Source of the DNA: Chiloscyllium plagiosum
Lineage: Eukaryota
DNA: 32,730 bases
Reading direction: 5' to 3'
Assembly (NCBI RefSeq): GCF_004010195.1
Contig: NC_057718.1
Span: 10,308,476-10,341,205, forward strand
Shown: positions 1-11,056 of the stretch, piece after piece
Position numbering within the stretch: the stretch's first letter is position 1
How the letters are laid out: the number at the start of each line of letters is the position of its first letter
Notes under the pieces: model-generated
Database searches by the model: none
Seen by the model: only the letters and a program-made list of their open reading frames with translations
Told to the model about the DNA's origin: nothing
Translations under genes and position numbers: made by a program

Positions 1-420
1 TCCCTGATCAATTCTGGTTCATTGCACAATACCAGATCCAGAATTGTCTTCTCCCTGGTAGGCTCCAGCACCAGCTGTTCTAAGAATCCATCTTGGAGGC
101 ACTCCACAAAGTCTCTTTCTTGAGGCCCAATACCATCCTGATTCTCCCAGTCTTCCTGCATGTTGAAATTCCCCATAACAACTGCAGTAACATCTTTGCG
201 ACAATTTCAGCTCCTGATTTAACATACATCCGACATCCAGACTACTGTTTGGGGGCCTGTGGATAACTCCCAAGAGGGTCTTTTTACCCTTAGTATTTCT
301 CAGCTCTATCCACACTGACTCTACATCCCCTGACTCTAGGTCCCCCCGCGCAAGGAACTGAATATCATCCCTTACCAACATGGCCACCCCACCCCCTCTG
401 CCCGTAAGTCTGTCCTTACG
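1..420 (-). mobile_element. CR1-type LINE fragment, APE endonuclease region of ORF2 (frameshifted, runs off window edge)
   Basis: Minus-strand translation RKDRLTGRGGGVAMLVRDDIQFLARGDLESGDVESVWIELRNTKGKKTLLGVIHRPPNS matches the R-DR..GGGV..ESVW..G-Y-RPP signature of CR1 endonucleases. Confidence 0.9.
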
Positions 421-1075
421 AAGAAGGCATTTGGTATGCTTTCCTTTATTGGTTAGAGTATTGAGTATAGGAGTTGGGAGGTCATGTTGCGGCTGTGCGG
501 GACATTGGTTAGGCCACTGTTGGAATATTGCGTGCAATTCTCGTCTCCTTCCTGTTGGAAAGATGTTGTGAAACTTGAAAGGGTTCAGAAAAGATTTACA
601 AGGATGTTGCCAGGATTGAAGGATTTGAGCTATAGGGAGAGGCTGAACAGGCTGGGGCTGTTTTCCCTGGAGAATCGGAGACTGAGGGGCGACCTTATAG
701 AGGTTTACAAAATTATGAGGATCATGGATAGGATAACTAGACAAAGTCTTTTCCCTGGTGTTGGGAAGTCCAGAACTAGAGGGCATAGGTTTAGGGTGAG
801 AGGGGAAAGATATAAAAGAGACCTAAGGGCCAATGTTTTCACGCAGAGGGTGGTACGTGTATGGAATGAGCTGCTAGAGGAAGTGGTGGAGGCTGGTACA
901 ATTGCAACATTTAAGAGGCATTTGGATGGGTATATGAATAGGAAGGGTTTGGAGGGATATGGGCTGGGTGCTGGCAGGTGGGACTAGATTGGGTTGGGAT
1001 ATCTGGTCAGCATAAACGGGTTGGACCGAAGGGTCTGTTTCCATGCTATACATCTCTATGACTCTATGACTCTAA
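421..1075 (+). mobile_element. CR1/HER1-type LINE 3' end (ORF2 C-terminus, 3'UTR and tail)
   Basis: ORF 484-987 (LVRPLLEYCVQF..LERVQKRFTRMLPGL..RRLRGDLIEVYKIM..FTQRVVRVWN) is a typical CR1 ORF2 C-terminus; it ends in a TCTATGAC tandem tail. Confidence 0.92.
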
Positions 1076-1325
1076 GAGGCAATATTTTCATGTAGATGGT
1101 GATGTGTGTATGGAATGAACTGGCAGAGGAATTGGTGGAGCCTGGTACAATTACAACATTCAAAAGGCGTCTGGATGGATACATGAACTGGAAAGGTTTA
1201 GAGGGATATGGGTGAAATGCTGGCAAATGGGACTAGATTAGGTTGGGATATCTGGTCGGCATGGACGAGTTGGACTAAAGGGTCTGTTTCTGTGCTGTAC
1301 ATCTCTATGACTCTATGACTCTAAG
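1076..1325 (+). mobile_element. Second, shorter CR1/HER1 3' end in tandem
   Basis: Diverged repeat of 830-1075 ending in the same TCTATGACTCTATGACTCTAAG tail. Confidence 0.85.
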
Positions 1326-1924
1326 TCACACCTGATCCAGAGGTTTGTTATAACGTCTCTGAGAAGGTTGTATTTCCAGCGATAGGAAAATAACTAGTCT
1401 CACTATAACTCACAAAGCTCTGTACTATGCTGACTCAGGCCTCTATAATTTTGAAACCAGTGCCTTCTTCATTGTTGCCTTGACAACCTAATATACTCTA
1501 AGGACAATAGTTTGCATTTTAACATGAATTGTTGGCATGTAAAGTGATGATGATAGGCAAGTCTTTTTTTAAACAGAGCTAATATGATGAGGGAATATGA
1601 TTAACATTTTTGATGAATAATGCATGTAAATTGTTATGGGATTGTTGATGGTCAGCATTTTTCTACTTTCAGCTCACTGTCTTACTGTCAGCAATGGAGA
1701 ATTTTTTTAAAACTTACACCATTTTTGACATGTACAAAAGAGCTGAGGCTGTATATCAGTCAATCGAGTATACTCAAGACAACACAGTCCAGGGTAGAAC
1801 AGGACAAAACAATCACTGGAAAGGTGGCATTGCAAATACTGCAGAAGACAACATGCCAAGGAGAAGAGGGCATGCCCAGCATGGAGAAAGCAGTGTTCTC
1901 ACTGCAAAAAACTGTAACATTTTG

Positions 1925-2415
1925 TCGCCCAGTTATAGGAAGGATATTATCAAGCTCGAGAGGGCTCAAGAGAGATTTACCAGGATGTTGCCAGGTATGG
2001 AAGGTTTGAGTTATAAAGAAGGCTGAATAGGCTGGGATATTTTTCACTGGAGCACAGAAGATTGAGAGATGACCTTTTCAGGGTTTATAAGATCATGAAG
2101 GGGTATAGATAGAGTTAATGGTCGGTGTGTTTTCCCCAGGATGGGGGATTTCAAGAACTAGGGAGCATATTTTTAAGGTGAGAGGAGAGAGATTTAATAA
2201 AGACATGAGAGTCAAACGTTTTATAAGAGGCTGGTTTGCATGTAGAATGAACCTCCTGAGGAAGTCGTGGATGTGGGCACAGTCACAATGTTTAAAAGAC
2301 ACTTAGATAAGTACATGAGTAGGAAACATGTGGACCAGGAGCAGGCAGGTGGGACTAGTTTAGTTTGGGATTATAGTCAGCATGCACTGGTTGGACCCAA
2401 GGGTCTGTTTCCGTG
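1925..2415 (+). mobile_element. Decayed CR1/HER1 LINE 3' fragment
   Basis: SPSYRKDIIKLERAQERFTRMLPGMEGLSY translation; sequence similar to 540-1045. Confidence 0.85.
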
Positions 2416-3486
2416 AATGAAGTGTAACCAGCAGCACACACATGCAAACCACCAAGGAATTAAGACAAGACTGAGGGAGGCAAGAGGTATGCTTTACTAG
2501 CCAAACATGAACAACAAAATCAAAGGCCATATGCCAGTGCATTGTTTGTGATGAGTACCCAGGTGGGCAAGATAAACAGGTACTGCAGACCCATAACATA
2601 CCAGACAGACAATGGATGAAGCTAGGAAAGACCTCTTCACTTTTGGAGGATCTGGTTATCTCATCACTGTACACTTCCATTCTCACATCAGGCTCCTCCT
2701 TACTGGCTACAGCTTCACCTTCAACACTATGATTTCAAACAAACCCATCTCTACACTCTAAGACATATGACTCTGCTACCCACTCTGTAACTGGATCCTC
2801 AACTTCCTCCTGAGGCAATTCTCCACCGTTATCCTCACATGCTTCTCATAGCCAGAAGTAGTAACAAGAGTAAGTCACAAAATCAAGCTGAACGGTTCGA
2901 AAGCCAAATTCCATTTCAACAGGACTGCTAAACCATTGGTCAGAATTGAGAATTGGAGTTTCAGAGTACAAACCTTCAACATTCTTAATGAGGGTGAAAA
3001 GACAATTTGGGACCTACATCAGCAGTTTGCTCCCTCAATGTCTACAGTGGAGGTGAATGACCAGATATAATATTGCAATCTTTTGTGTGTATATTTGTGT
3101 TTGGGGAAGGGAGGTGGGGTTGAGCAAATAGGTAGGTATAGTTGAGGCAACAATCAGATCACCTATGATTGGAGCAGTCTCAAGGGAAGAAGGTGGTGTA
3201 GTGGTAATGTCACTAAAAGCTAGCAATACAATCCACCAGGTTAATAATCTGGGGGCAAAGACTTGAGCCCGATCATGGCAGATGGTGAAATTTCACCCAG
3301 ATTAACCCAATAATGGAACAGATACTACAGTAACAACAATTGACATGAGACAGATACTCCTCAGGGAGGGAATATTGCCCTCCAGGAGCAAATATGTTCC
3401 AGATGGGCAGCTGGGAGAAGAAAAGGCCAAGTGAAGACTTAATAGAGGTGTTCACAATCTTGAGGAGATAGTGACAAAACTGTTCC

Positions 3487-3610
3487 CACTGATGAAGGAG
3501 CAGGGCTCCAAAAGCTAGTACTTCCAAATAAACCTGCTGGACTAGAACCTGGTGTTGTGTGATTTTTAACTTTATCAACCCCAACCCAACACCTGCACCT
3601 CCACATCATG
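3487..3610 (+). mobile_element. Short Penelope-derived element (family A) with degenerate hammerhead, inserted in a CR1 remnant
   Basis: CTGATGA-A-GGAGC-AGG-GCTCC-AAAA-GC-TA followed by aaataaacctg..aacctggtgttgtgtgattttt, which is shared with the copies at about 11490, 16360 and 21810. Confidence 0.7.
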
Positions 3611-4124
3611 GAAAGAGAGAGCGCGGAAGGTGTAGATTTAAGATAATTGCAAAAGAAGCAATGGTGGATTGAGGAAAAGCATTTTCATGCAGTGAGAGGT
3701 CAGGGTCTGGGGTGAACTCCGACAGGTGATGGGGCTTGGTTAAACTAAGGCTTTCAAAAGAAAATTTAATGTTTTTAAAATTTTCTCATGAGACGTGAGT
3801 GTCACTGGCTTGACCAGAATTTATTGCCTGTCCCTGGTTGCCCCTTGAGAAGATGATAGTGAGCTGTCCTCTTGAATTGCTGCAGCCCATGTGCTGTGGG
3901 TTGACCCACAATGCCCTTACAGAGAGAATTCCAGAATGTTGACCCAGTAACCCCGAAGGTACAGTAATATTTCCAAGTCAGGATAGTGAATGAGTGGGAG
4001 GAGAACTTACAGGTAGTGGTTGCCCTTGTCCTTCTAGATGAAAATGGTCATGGGTTTGGAAGGTGCTGTGCAAGGAACTTTGGTGAATTTCTGCAGTGCA
4101 TCTTGTAGATTGGACAAAAGCAAT

Positions 4125-4470
4125 GGCTCGGTGAAGTGGCTCAATGGTTAGCACTGCTGCTTCACAGCGCTGGGGACCTGGGTTTGATTCCAACCTCGGG
4201 TGACTGTCTGTGTGGAGTTTGCACATTCGCCCTGTGTCTGTGCGGGTTTCCTCTGGGTGCTCCGGTTTCCTCCCACAGTCCAAAGATGTGCAGGTTAGGT
4301 AAATTGGCCATGCTAAATTGTCAATGGTGTTCAGGAATGTGTACATTAGGTGGATTAGTCAGGGATAAATGTAAAGAAATAGGGTAGGGGAATGGGTCTG
4401 GGTGGGTTACTGTTTGGAGGGTTAGTGTGGACTTGTTGGGCCAAATGGCCTGTTTCCACACTCTGTTCTA
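4125..4470 (+). mobile_element. HE1-like V-SINE (tRNA-derived, elasmobranch)
   Basis: tRNA-like A/B boxes (tggctcaatggttagca..ggtttgattcc), central tgcgggtttcctctgggtgctccggtttcctcccacagtccaaaga domain, and a 3' tail similar to the CR1 ends. Confidence 0.85.
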
Positions 4471-4565
4471 AACAGAAATTTTTGGAAAAACTCAGCAGGT
4501 CTGGCAGCATCTGAGGAGAGAACTTGGAGTTAATGTTTCAGGTCTGGTGACCCTTCCTCAGAACT
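4470..4565 (-). mobile_element. Short Penelope-derived element (family B) ending in a hammerhead-like motif
   Basis: cagcaggtctggcagcatctg signature shared with 8590, 20960 and 22030; the minus strand reads AGTT-CTGAGGA-A-GGGTC-ACCA-GACCT-GAAA-CA-TT-AACT. Confidence 0.7.
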
Positions 4566-4779
4566 CGTAGATAGTACACATTGCTACTACTGAGTGTTTG
4601 GTGGTGGAGAGAGTGGACGTTTGTGAATGTGGTGCCAATCAAGCGGGCTGCTTTGTCCTGTGTGGTGTCAAGCTTCTCGAGTGTAGTTGGAGCTGCACCA
4701 TTCCAGGTTCATTGGACAATGTGGAAAAGCAGGAGAAAATCGATGTTAAGATGTGATGCTCACTCGGACAGCTGTAAGT

Positions 4780-5106
4780 GGGATTGGCCAAAAGCTGTTA
4801 AGGGTTCTGTGGCCAGGCACTAACTTTGGAAAGTTTGAGCTAGGGAAGGGTTAACAGAAAGAGGCTGTAACTTAATTCTGGGCGAAGTGTGTGTCATGCC
4901 TTTAAACAGTTGTTGTGTAGTTGCCCCTCCCTGTGCCTCGACAGGTTTGGGGTGTGGACTGAGTGAGTGAGACAAACCAAAGGCTGTGAGTGTTGCTGAG
5001 CTCTCACAGTCTGACCTGGGAGAGGCACTCGCTGTGGGTTTGAGCTAACCAGGCAGCTGCCAGTTTCTCTCTCTGCCTCTTGGAGCGGTCTCGGTCCTGT
5101 TTGGCC
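4780..5106 (+). promoter_or_regulatory. PERP: Putative PERP proximal promoter and 5'UTR
   Basis: Repeat-free sequence upstream of the ATG with an inverted CCAAT (ATTGG 4783-4787), TATA-like TTTAAA at 4901-4906 and KLF-type GGGGTGTGG at 4949-4957; there is no upstream ATG after 4901. The TSS cannot be determined. Confidence 0.45.
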
Positions 5107-5302
5107 ATGTTTAAGTGCGGACTCGCCTTCCCTCGCTGTAAATGGATCCTGCCTTTGCTGCTGCTCCTCGCTATCATCTTCGACATCATCGCACTGGCGG
5201 CTAGCTCCGGCTGGGTGGACTCCAAGTATCACTATGCCTCCCTGTGGGAACAGTTCAGGGGCAGGGACCCCAGCTGGGAATCCACCTCCCTCATGGAATA
5301 CG
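5107..5302 (+). CDS. PERP: PERP coding exon 1 (aa 1-65; TM1 and first extracellular loop)
   Basis: GCCATG start; [45 protein letters not shown] matches the PERP N-terminus; G|GTAAGG donor, phase 1. Confidence 0.96.
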
Positions 5303-5469
5303 GTAAGGAGAGGCGATCGGCTGGGAAGGGAGGGACATAATACACACAAGGAGGGAGGGAGGAGAGAAAAGGATCAGAGAGAGAAATAACACGAGGGAGA
5401 GAGGGAGTTGGTGGAAAAAAGCGGAGAGAGGAAGAACAAGGTGTGAGAAAATAGGAAGGAAGGATGGAC

Positions 5470-5600
5470 AGAGTGTGAGGGGAGAGGAGTGAGGGGAGAG
5501 GAGCGAGGGGTGGAGAGTGTGAGGGGAGAGGAGTGAGGGGAGAGGAGCGAGGGGTGGAGAGTGTGAGGGGAGAGGAGCGAGGGGTGGAGAGTGTGAGGGG
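5470..5600 (+). repeat. G/A-rich minisatellite (about 15/30-bp units, gagtgtgaggggagaggagcgaggggtgga)
   Basis: Tandem units are directly visible; they are followed by an assembly gap. Confidence 0.85.
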
Positions 5601-5633
5601 TTCGGGGCACTGGCGAAGAAGTGGGGTGAGTCT

Positions 5634-5816
5634 NNNNNNNNNNNNNNNNNNNNNNNNNNNNNNNNNNNNNNNNNNNNNNNNNNNNNNNNNNNNNNNNNNN
5701 NNNNNNNNNNNNNNNNNNNNNNNNNNNNNNNNNNNNNNNNNNNNNNNNNNNNNNNNNNNNNNNNNNNNNNNNNNNNNNNNNNNNNNNNNNNNNNNNNNNN
5801 NNNNNNNNNNNNNNNN
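5634..5816. other. Assembly gap (183 N)
   Basis: Run of N. Confidence 1.
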
Positions 5817-7339
5817 AGAGCAGGGGGGCAGAGAGTGTGGGGAGAACAGAAAAGGGGAGAAATGGAGTAGGGAAAAGAATGTAGGCAACTGAGTCAAGCT
5901 GGAAGAAAGTTTAAATGGGAGAGGAAGATAGAGAAAGTGAGATTAAACTGAGAGGGAGGAGTGAAGAACTGAGAGAAGCGAACAAGAAATATCGAGTGTG
6001 GAGGAACCACAGAAAGGGAGAGGAAAGTAAGGCAGAGAATAGAAAGAAAATGTGAAAGTCGACACAAGATCAAAACAAAACCACACAAAAAAAAATCAGA
6101 AGAAAAAAGTGGTAAAAGGAAATGGGGGTGGGAGAAGGCAGTGAATTAATGAAAGAGATGGTGAAGAGGTCAGCGAAGAAGGTGAGAAACTGACTGAGAC
6201 AACAACATTAAAGGACAATCAGAAAGAGCCAGAGCTGAAAATGAAAGAAAAATCAGGTCATGAGGCAGTGAAGAAAAGAGATGGAGAGAGTACCAGGGGT
6301 CAAATGAAAGAGAACAAGAGGAAACATGAAAGTGAGGCAGACACAAGCAAAAATCTGAGAGGAGGGAGAGATGCAGGCAAGATGACTCAGAAAGGCAGTG
6401 AAAAGAAAATAGGTCTGTATGTGATAGAAACAATATGAGCGAAGCAGATCAAAGGGTGTGAGTGAGGACAGCGAGAGCAAAAATGTAAACGGACAAAGAG
6501 AGGGTGTGTGCAGAGGAGAAATAGATAGAGCAGAGAAGACATGTTGCAAAACGTAAAAGAGAGAGCAGTCAGAAGATGCATAAATTATCAAGTAAGAACA
6601 CAAGTCAGTTTCTGATGCCAAGTTTAATTGAAAACTAATCCAGTGCTTTCCTCCATTTTACTTTTTGGTTTGAATGTTGTCTGAAGCAGATATCAACTGT
6701 TGTCAGTAGAAGCCTGGCCAACTGACTGCCTACATAGTACATCTGTTAATAATACGCTCTAACACCGACACTGCAGTTCACTCCCTAACAGAGTCTTTAC
6801 TTCATGCAGCAGAATTAGAATGAAGCAACCTCCCGCCACTGACAGGACATCCATAACATTTAAAAAAGAATCCTTCAATAGGAAGAGAAAAATTGAGCAG
6901 AGACAGAAATCTGGTGAGGAGATTGCATGTACAGTCACAGAAAATGTGGGCCTTAGATAGGGAAAGGGAAATGAAATTGGCTTGGGAGAGGATTAAACTA
7001 GGAAAGAGAGATAGTGATGAGTCGGAAGTACATGGGAAGACGACTAGAATAGGGTGAGGTGAAATCATTTGGTAAATTTGAAGTTTGGGATTGTGAAGGC
7101 TGTACTTGAAGCTACTGGGAGACAGTATAGTCTGACAGCAACAGCAAACTTTTAACATAGTCCAAGGCACTTCACAGGAGAAATTTTAGCACTAGACCAC
7201 ATAAGGCAGTACTGAACCAGATGACCAGAAGCCTGGTCACAGAGGTAGATTCTGAGGGGCATCTTAAAAGAAAGAGGGGTATGGGGAAGGATTAACAGAG
7301 CTTAGAGCCAGGGTAGTTAAAACACAACTGTCAACTATG

Positions 7340-7900
7340 GGTTGCTGTACAGAACTTTGGTTAGGCCACAGTTGGAGTGTGTGTGCAGTTCTAGTCACAC
7401 CACACTGTAGGAAGAATGTAATAACACCAGACAAGGTGTAGAGGATATTCACCAGAAACGTTGTCTGAGATGGAGCATTCCAGAGAAACTGGATAAGCTC
7501 AGGTTGGTTTTTTTTAGAGCAGGAAAGGTTGCAGGGGGTGCCTGCTAGAGATGTGTAAGATTATGAGGGGCATGGACAGAGTGGATAGAACGCAGCTGTT
7601 AGTTGAAGGGTCAATAACAAAGTGCATAATTTTAAATTGAACGGCAGGAGGTTTAGTGGGGACTTAAGGATAAAAAGAATTCACCCAGACGATGATGAGA
7701 ATCTGAAATGCACTGCCTGGGAGGGTAGTGGAGATGCGAAGCCTCAAACCTTTAAAATGTATGTGGATGAACACTTGTCATAACATTCAAGGTTACAGGC
7801 CAAGTGCTGGAAAGTGGGACTAGTATAGGTTTAGAGTACAGTTTGTCAGTACAGACTTGATGGGCCAAAGGTCCTCTTCTATATGGATCTGTGATTCTAT
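7340..7900 (+). mobile_element. Decayed CR1 LINE 3' fragment
   Basis: ttggttaggccacagttggagtg..gtgcagttc..attatgaggggcatggacag..gggactag collinear with 500-1070. Confidence 0.8.
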
Positions 7901-8544
7901 TACAGGTATATTGATACGATCGCAGACATAGGGAGAGGCAAGACCACGGATGCAACACATAGGAGGGTGGAAAAAAAAGAGTCTGAGAAAGGAGACAGTG
8001 ACCGAGGAAAGTAAAAATTAGAGTGAGATAAAGAGAGGCAAAGAGGAGGGGGAGAAAGTAAGTTGTGAAAAAACAGAATGGAAAGATAAAACTGTTGTCT
8101 GATAAATGGGATCAAATGTAACACAGTACAAGTTAATCGGAATTTATGTGCCATTTTTAGAATGCTATAGGCACCTCTGTTACATCATAAGACCCACAGG
8201 AGGTTGGTCAGCGAAGATGAATCTGGCGGTGAGAGATGGACAGAAATTAGAAATGGAGAGGGTGGGAAGGTGAAATGAAAGGAAAAATGGAAAGAGAGAA
8301 AGCGATGGGAGACTGGTATGACACTTTTGGGTCCGACTTGAAAGGGGAAATTACATCCAGGAGTTTTCTATTAGAACCTTTTCCTCAGTGCAGCAGTGAC
8401 TACACATTTTGATGTTGTGATAGGTGCTAAATAAATGCAAAAGGTTCTTTCTCTCATTTCATCTCATTCCTGATCACGCGCACTTGTTGTTGTTCTCAAC
8501 ACCAGTGAAAGCGTTGACCATGTGTAAGTATTTCTGCTTTTCAA

Positions 8545-9125
8545 GAATGGGATTCAAAGTAGACAGGCAGGAGGCTAGAAGAACACAGCAAGTTAGGCAG
8601 CATCAGGAGGTGGAGGAGTCGCTGTTTCAGGTGTAACCTTTCTTCAGGACTGGGGGTGTGTGTAAGGGGAGATGCAGATAAAGGGGGTGGCGGGGGCAGG
8701 GTGGTGAAGTGGGGATAGGTGAAGACAGGCAGAGGGTATGACCTGGTTGGTCAATGGGAGGGATGAATCAGATTGGTGGCAGCGAGGAGTGGAAGGGATG
8801 GGGAGAGGCTAGGAAGAGAGTCAGGGGATGGGGAGGGAGGTTATTTGAAATTGGAGAACTCAGTGTTGAGTCCTCAGGGCTGTAGGGTGCCCAGGCAGAA
8901 GATAGGTGTTGTTCTTCAATAGGAGCTGTTTGTTTTGGCAATGGAGGAGGCCAAGGATGGTCATGTCAGAAAGGGAATGGTTGGGGGAATTGAAATGGCT
9001 GGTGAATGGGAGGTCCGGTCAGCTCCTGTGGACCCAGCTGCGATGCTCAGTGAGCTGTTCCCTAAGTTTACCTTCGGTCTCCCCAATGTAGAGAAGACCA
9101 CATCAAGAGCACCTGATGCATGTGT
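8545..9125 (-). mobile_element. Penelope-like retroelement fragment (GIY-YIG endonuclease C-terminal part plus terminal repeat)
   Basis: The minus strand reads ctctacattggggagaccgaaggtaaacttagggaacagctcactgagcat = LYIGETEGKLREQLTEH, then HFNSP..; a degenerate hammerhead lies at 8617-8651. Confidence 0.8.
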
Positions 9126-9582
9126 TTCAAGGATGGGATGGCGTGTGAAACATGTTCGCTGCACAACCCAATGAAAAAAAGGAATTCTACTTGGCTATTG
9201 TGAACAAATTTATTTTATCTCTTTGCAAAATAATTGACCAAGTGGAGCCGTGATGTGTTAGAGAAGACATAGGAGGAGTAGGCCATTCAAACCCTTGTAG
9301 AGTGATGCCATACAATAGAAGGTGGCTATTTGCCCCATTGTGCCTGTACTGTTCCGTCATTTGAGCAGTTTCTGTGCCGATTCCATGAGTTGTTAACACT
9401 ACCTCGCACATGGTACTCAGTCTCCCAGACTGAGAGGATCTTGAGTTGTTTTGAATCTGGGTACATTGTAGAATTAGCTAGTCTCAGGGTGGAGTTGTTA
9501 AATATTTGTGACTGACTAATGTGGTAGAAATACTTAAATGACGTGTGTGTTTAGTGTGTGAGCTTACTGGGTGGAAAGCACA

Positions 9583-9601
9583 GTGTGTGTGTGTGTGTGT
9601 G
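9583..9601. repeat. (GT)9 microsatellite
   Basis: Directly visible. Confidence 0.9.
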
Positions 9602-10559
9602 GTACTTCTCTCGGTACTTCAACATGTCAGCCTACATGGCCAGTACAGACACTATGGGCCAAATGGCCTCCTCCTGTGCTATAACACTTCGGTGATGTCA
9701 AGTTTAAGTCTTCGGAGTGTGGCTATGGGTGAACTCTCAATTTCAGTTATAAGGCAAGAGTTCTCCTCATTCTTTCATGGGATGTGAGTGTCATTTGGAA
9801 GACCACCATTTGTTGCCCATCCCTAATTGCCCTCGAATTCAGTGTTTTGTTCGGCCGTTTCAAAGGGCAATTATGGTCAACCACAGCTTTGCCCTCCGGG
9901 CCAAGTCCAGCATACTAGTGACCTCCAGAGAGAGAGTGATTTAAGTGGATCTCATTAAAATCTATTTATTCCCCTTTCAGTGTTAGCCACCATGGTTGAT
10001 CTATGGTGTCAGTATTGGCACAGAACTCATTACGATATTTGTGTTATATTCATTGACCCTTGGCTAACAACGAGGTCAAAGGATGTTTGGGAGTAGGCAG
10101 GAAATAACATTACAATTGTGACCACAATCAGATCATCCATGATTTTATTTAATGGTCACAAGGAGTGAATGACCTAATCCTGCTATTAATTTATTTTTCA
10201 TATATCTTTATGGCATAGAGGGTCTCGTTGACATAGCTAAGAGGCATGATGCCCTCACATCGGTAAGCACATTAAATAAAAGTGACGATCAATTGAGCAG
10301 TGGGACCGCACAGGTTGAAGGCCTGAGACAGCAAGCCTAGACACTAGTTTCTGTCTCAATACCGCCCTTACCTCTGGGCACTCCAGACTATTTCATATGA
10401 TTCCTAAGATACAAGTTTGACAAGTTTGGAAATCACTTCCTGATTCAATTCTTCGCTAATTTGAAGGCCTTTGTTCTTTTGGGAATGTTGCAAAGTTGAG
10501 TGAAGGTTTCCTGTCTCCACAAACAATTGCAGTACAAGTTTGGACAAAAATCATTTTGG

Positions 10560-11040
10560 TTCAAAAATCACAACTCTGGGTGTTCTTATACAAGGAGGTG
10601 AACAGTAAGCACATAGGAAGGCAAATAAAATATTGTCTGTTTTTCTGCAAGGTGAATGGAATGCAAAAGTAGGGAAGTCTGATTTACCTGCACAGGGTTT
10701 TCCTGAGACCACAACGGGACGACTGTGACTAGCTCCTGTACACCTTATTTAAGGTGGAATATGCTGAATTCTAAGCAGTTCAAAGAAGGTTCACAAGTTT
10801 GATCCTTTGACTTGGTCTTACGGGAAAATGTTGAACGTATACTCTGTGGGCTTTAGAATGAGAGGCGATCTTAGTGAAACTAGAAGATCCTGTGGAGCTA
10901 GACAAGGTGGATGTTGAAAGATTGTGTCCCCTTATAGGAAAACTGGGGACACGGTTCCAAAGTGAAGAGTAAATTGTTTCGTACAGGAAACTCCCTGAGA
11001 GATGATAATCTACGATGCTCTCTCCATCGTGGACATTGGA
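10560..11040 (+). mobile_element. Old, decayed CR1 LINE fragment (continues at about 11660-11775 after insertions)
   Basis: gcagttcaaagaaggttcacaag..gaatgagaggcgatcttagtgaaac..gacaaggtggatg motifs of the CR1 ORF2 3' region. Confidence 0.65.
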
Positions 11041-11056
11041 CTATCAAATATGTAAA

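Larger units (their letters stand above)
3780..4710 (-). mobile_element. LINE 3' end remnant (minus strand), split by SINE and Penelope insertions at 4125-4565
   Basis: Reverse complement of the element at 14085-14545; the sequence is continuous across the insertions (..tcttgtagat / gtagatagtacaca..). Confidence 0.65.

Noticed and set aside
19..786. 255-aa minus-strand ORF as a host gene
   Set aside because: It is a chimera of antisense CR1 3' sequence and a frameshifted CR1 endonuclease fragment.
5080..5106. N-terminal extension of PERP from an upstream TTG start
   Set aside because: The ATG at 5107 has a GCC Kozak context and matches the known PERP N-terminus; there is no support for non-AUG initiation.
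5470..5600. CRISPR-like array or other prokaryotic system
   Set aside because: There are no unique spacers or cas genes, and the window is eukaryotic with spliced exons and retroposons.
5232..5897. Pro/Ser/Leu-rich and Glu/Arg/Gly-rich ORFs
   Set aside because: They are translations of a minisatellite and an N gap.
8617..8651. Functional hammerhead at this position (also 3487-3519 and about 29222-29255)
   Set aside because: Core or structural positions are mutated: the cleavage-site U is lost at 8617, G12 is changed to A at 3510, and the stems are weak at about 29222. These are counted only as relics.
9148..9157. Isolated perfect p53 half-site AAACATGTTC (also AGGCAAGTCT at 1555-1564)
   Set aside because: Single decamers without an adjacent partner are expected by chance in 32 kb.
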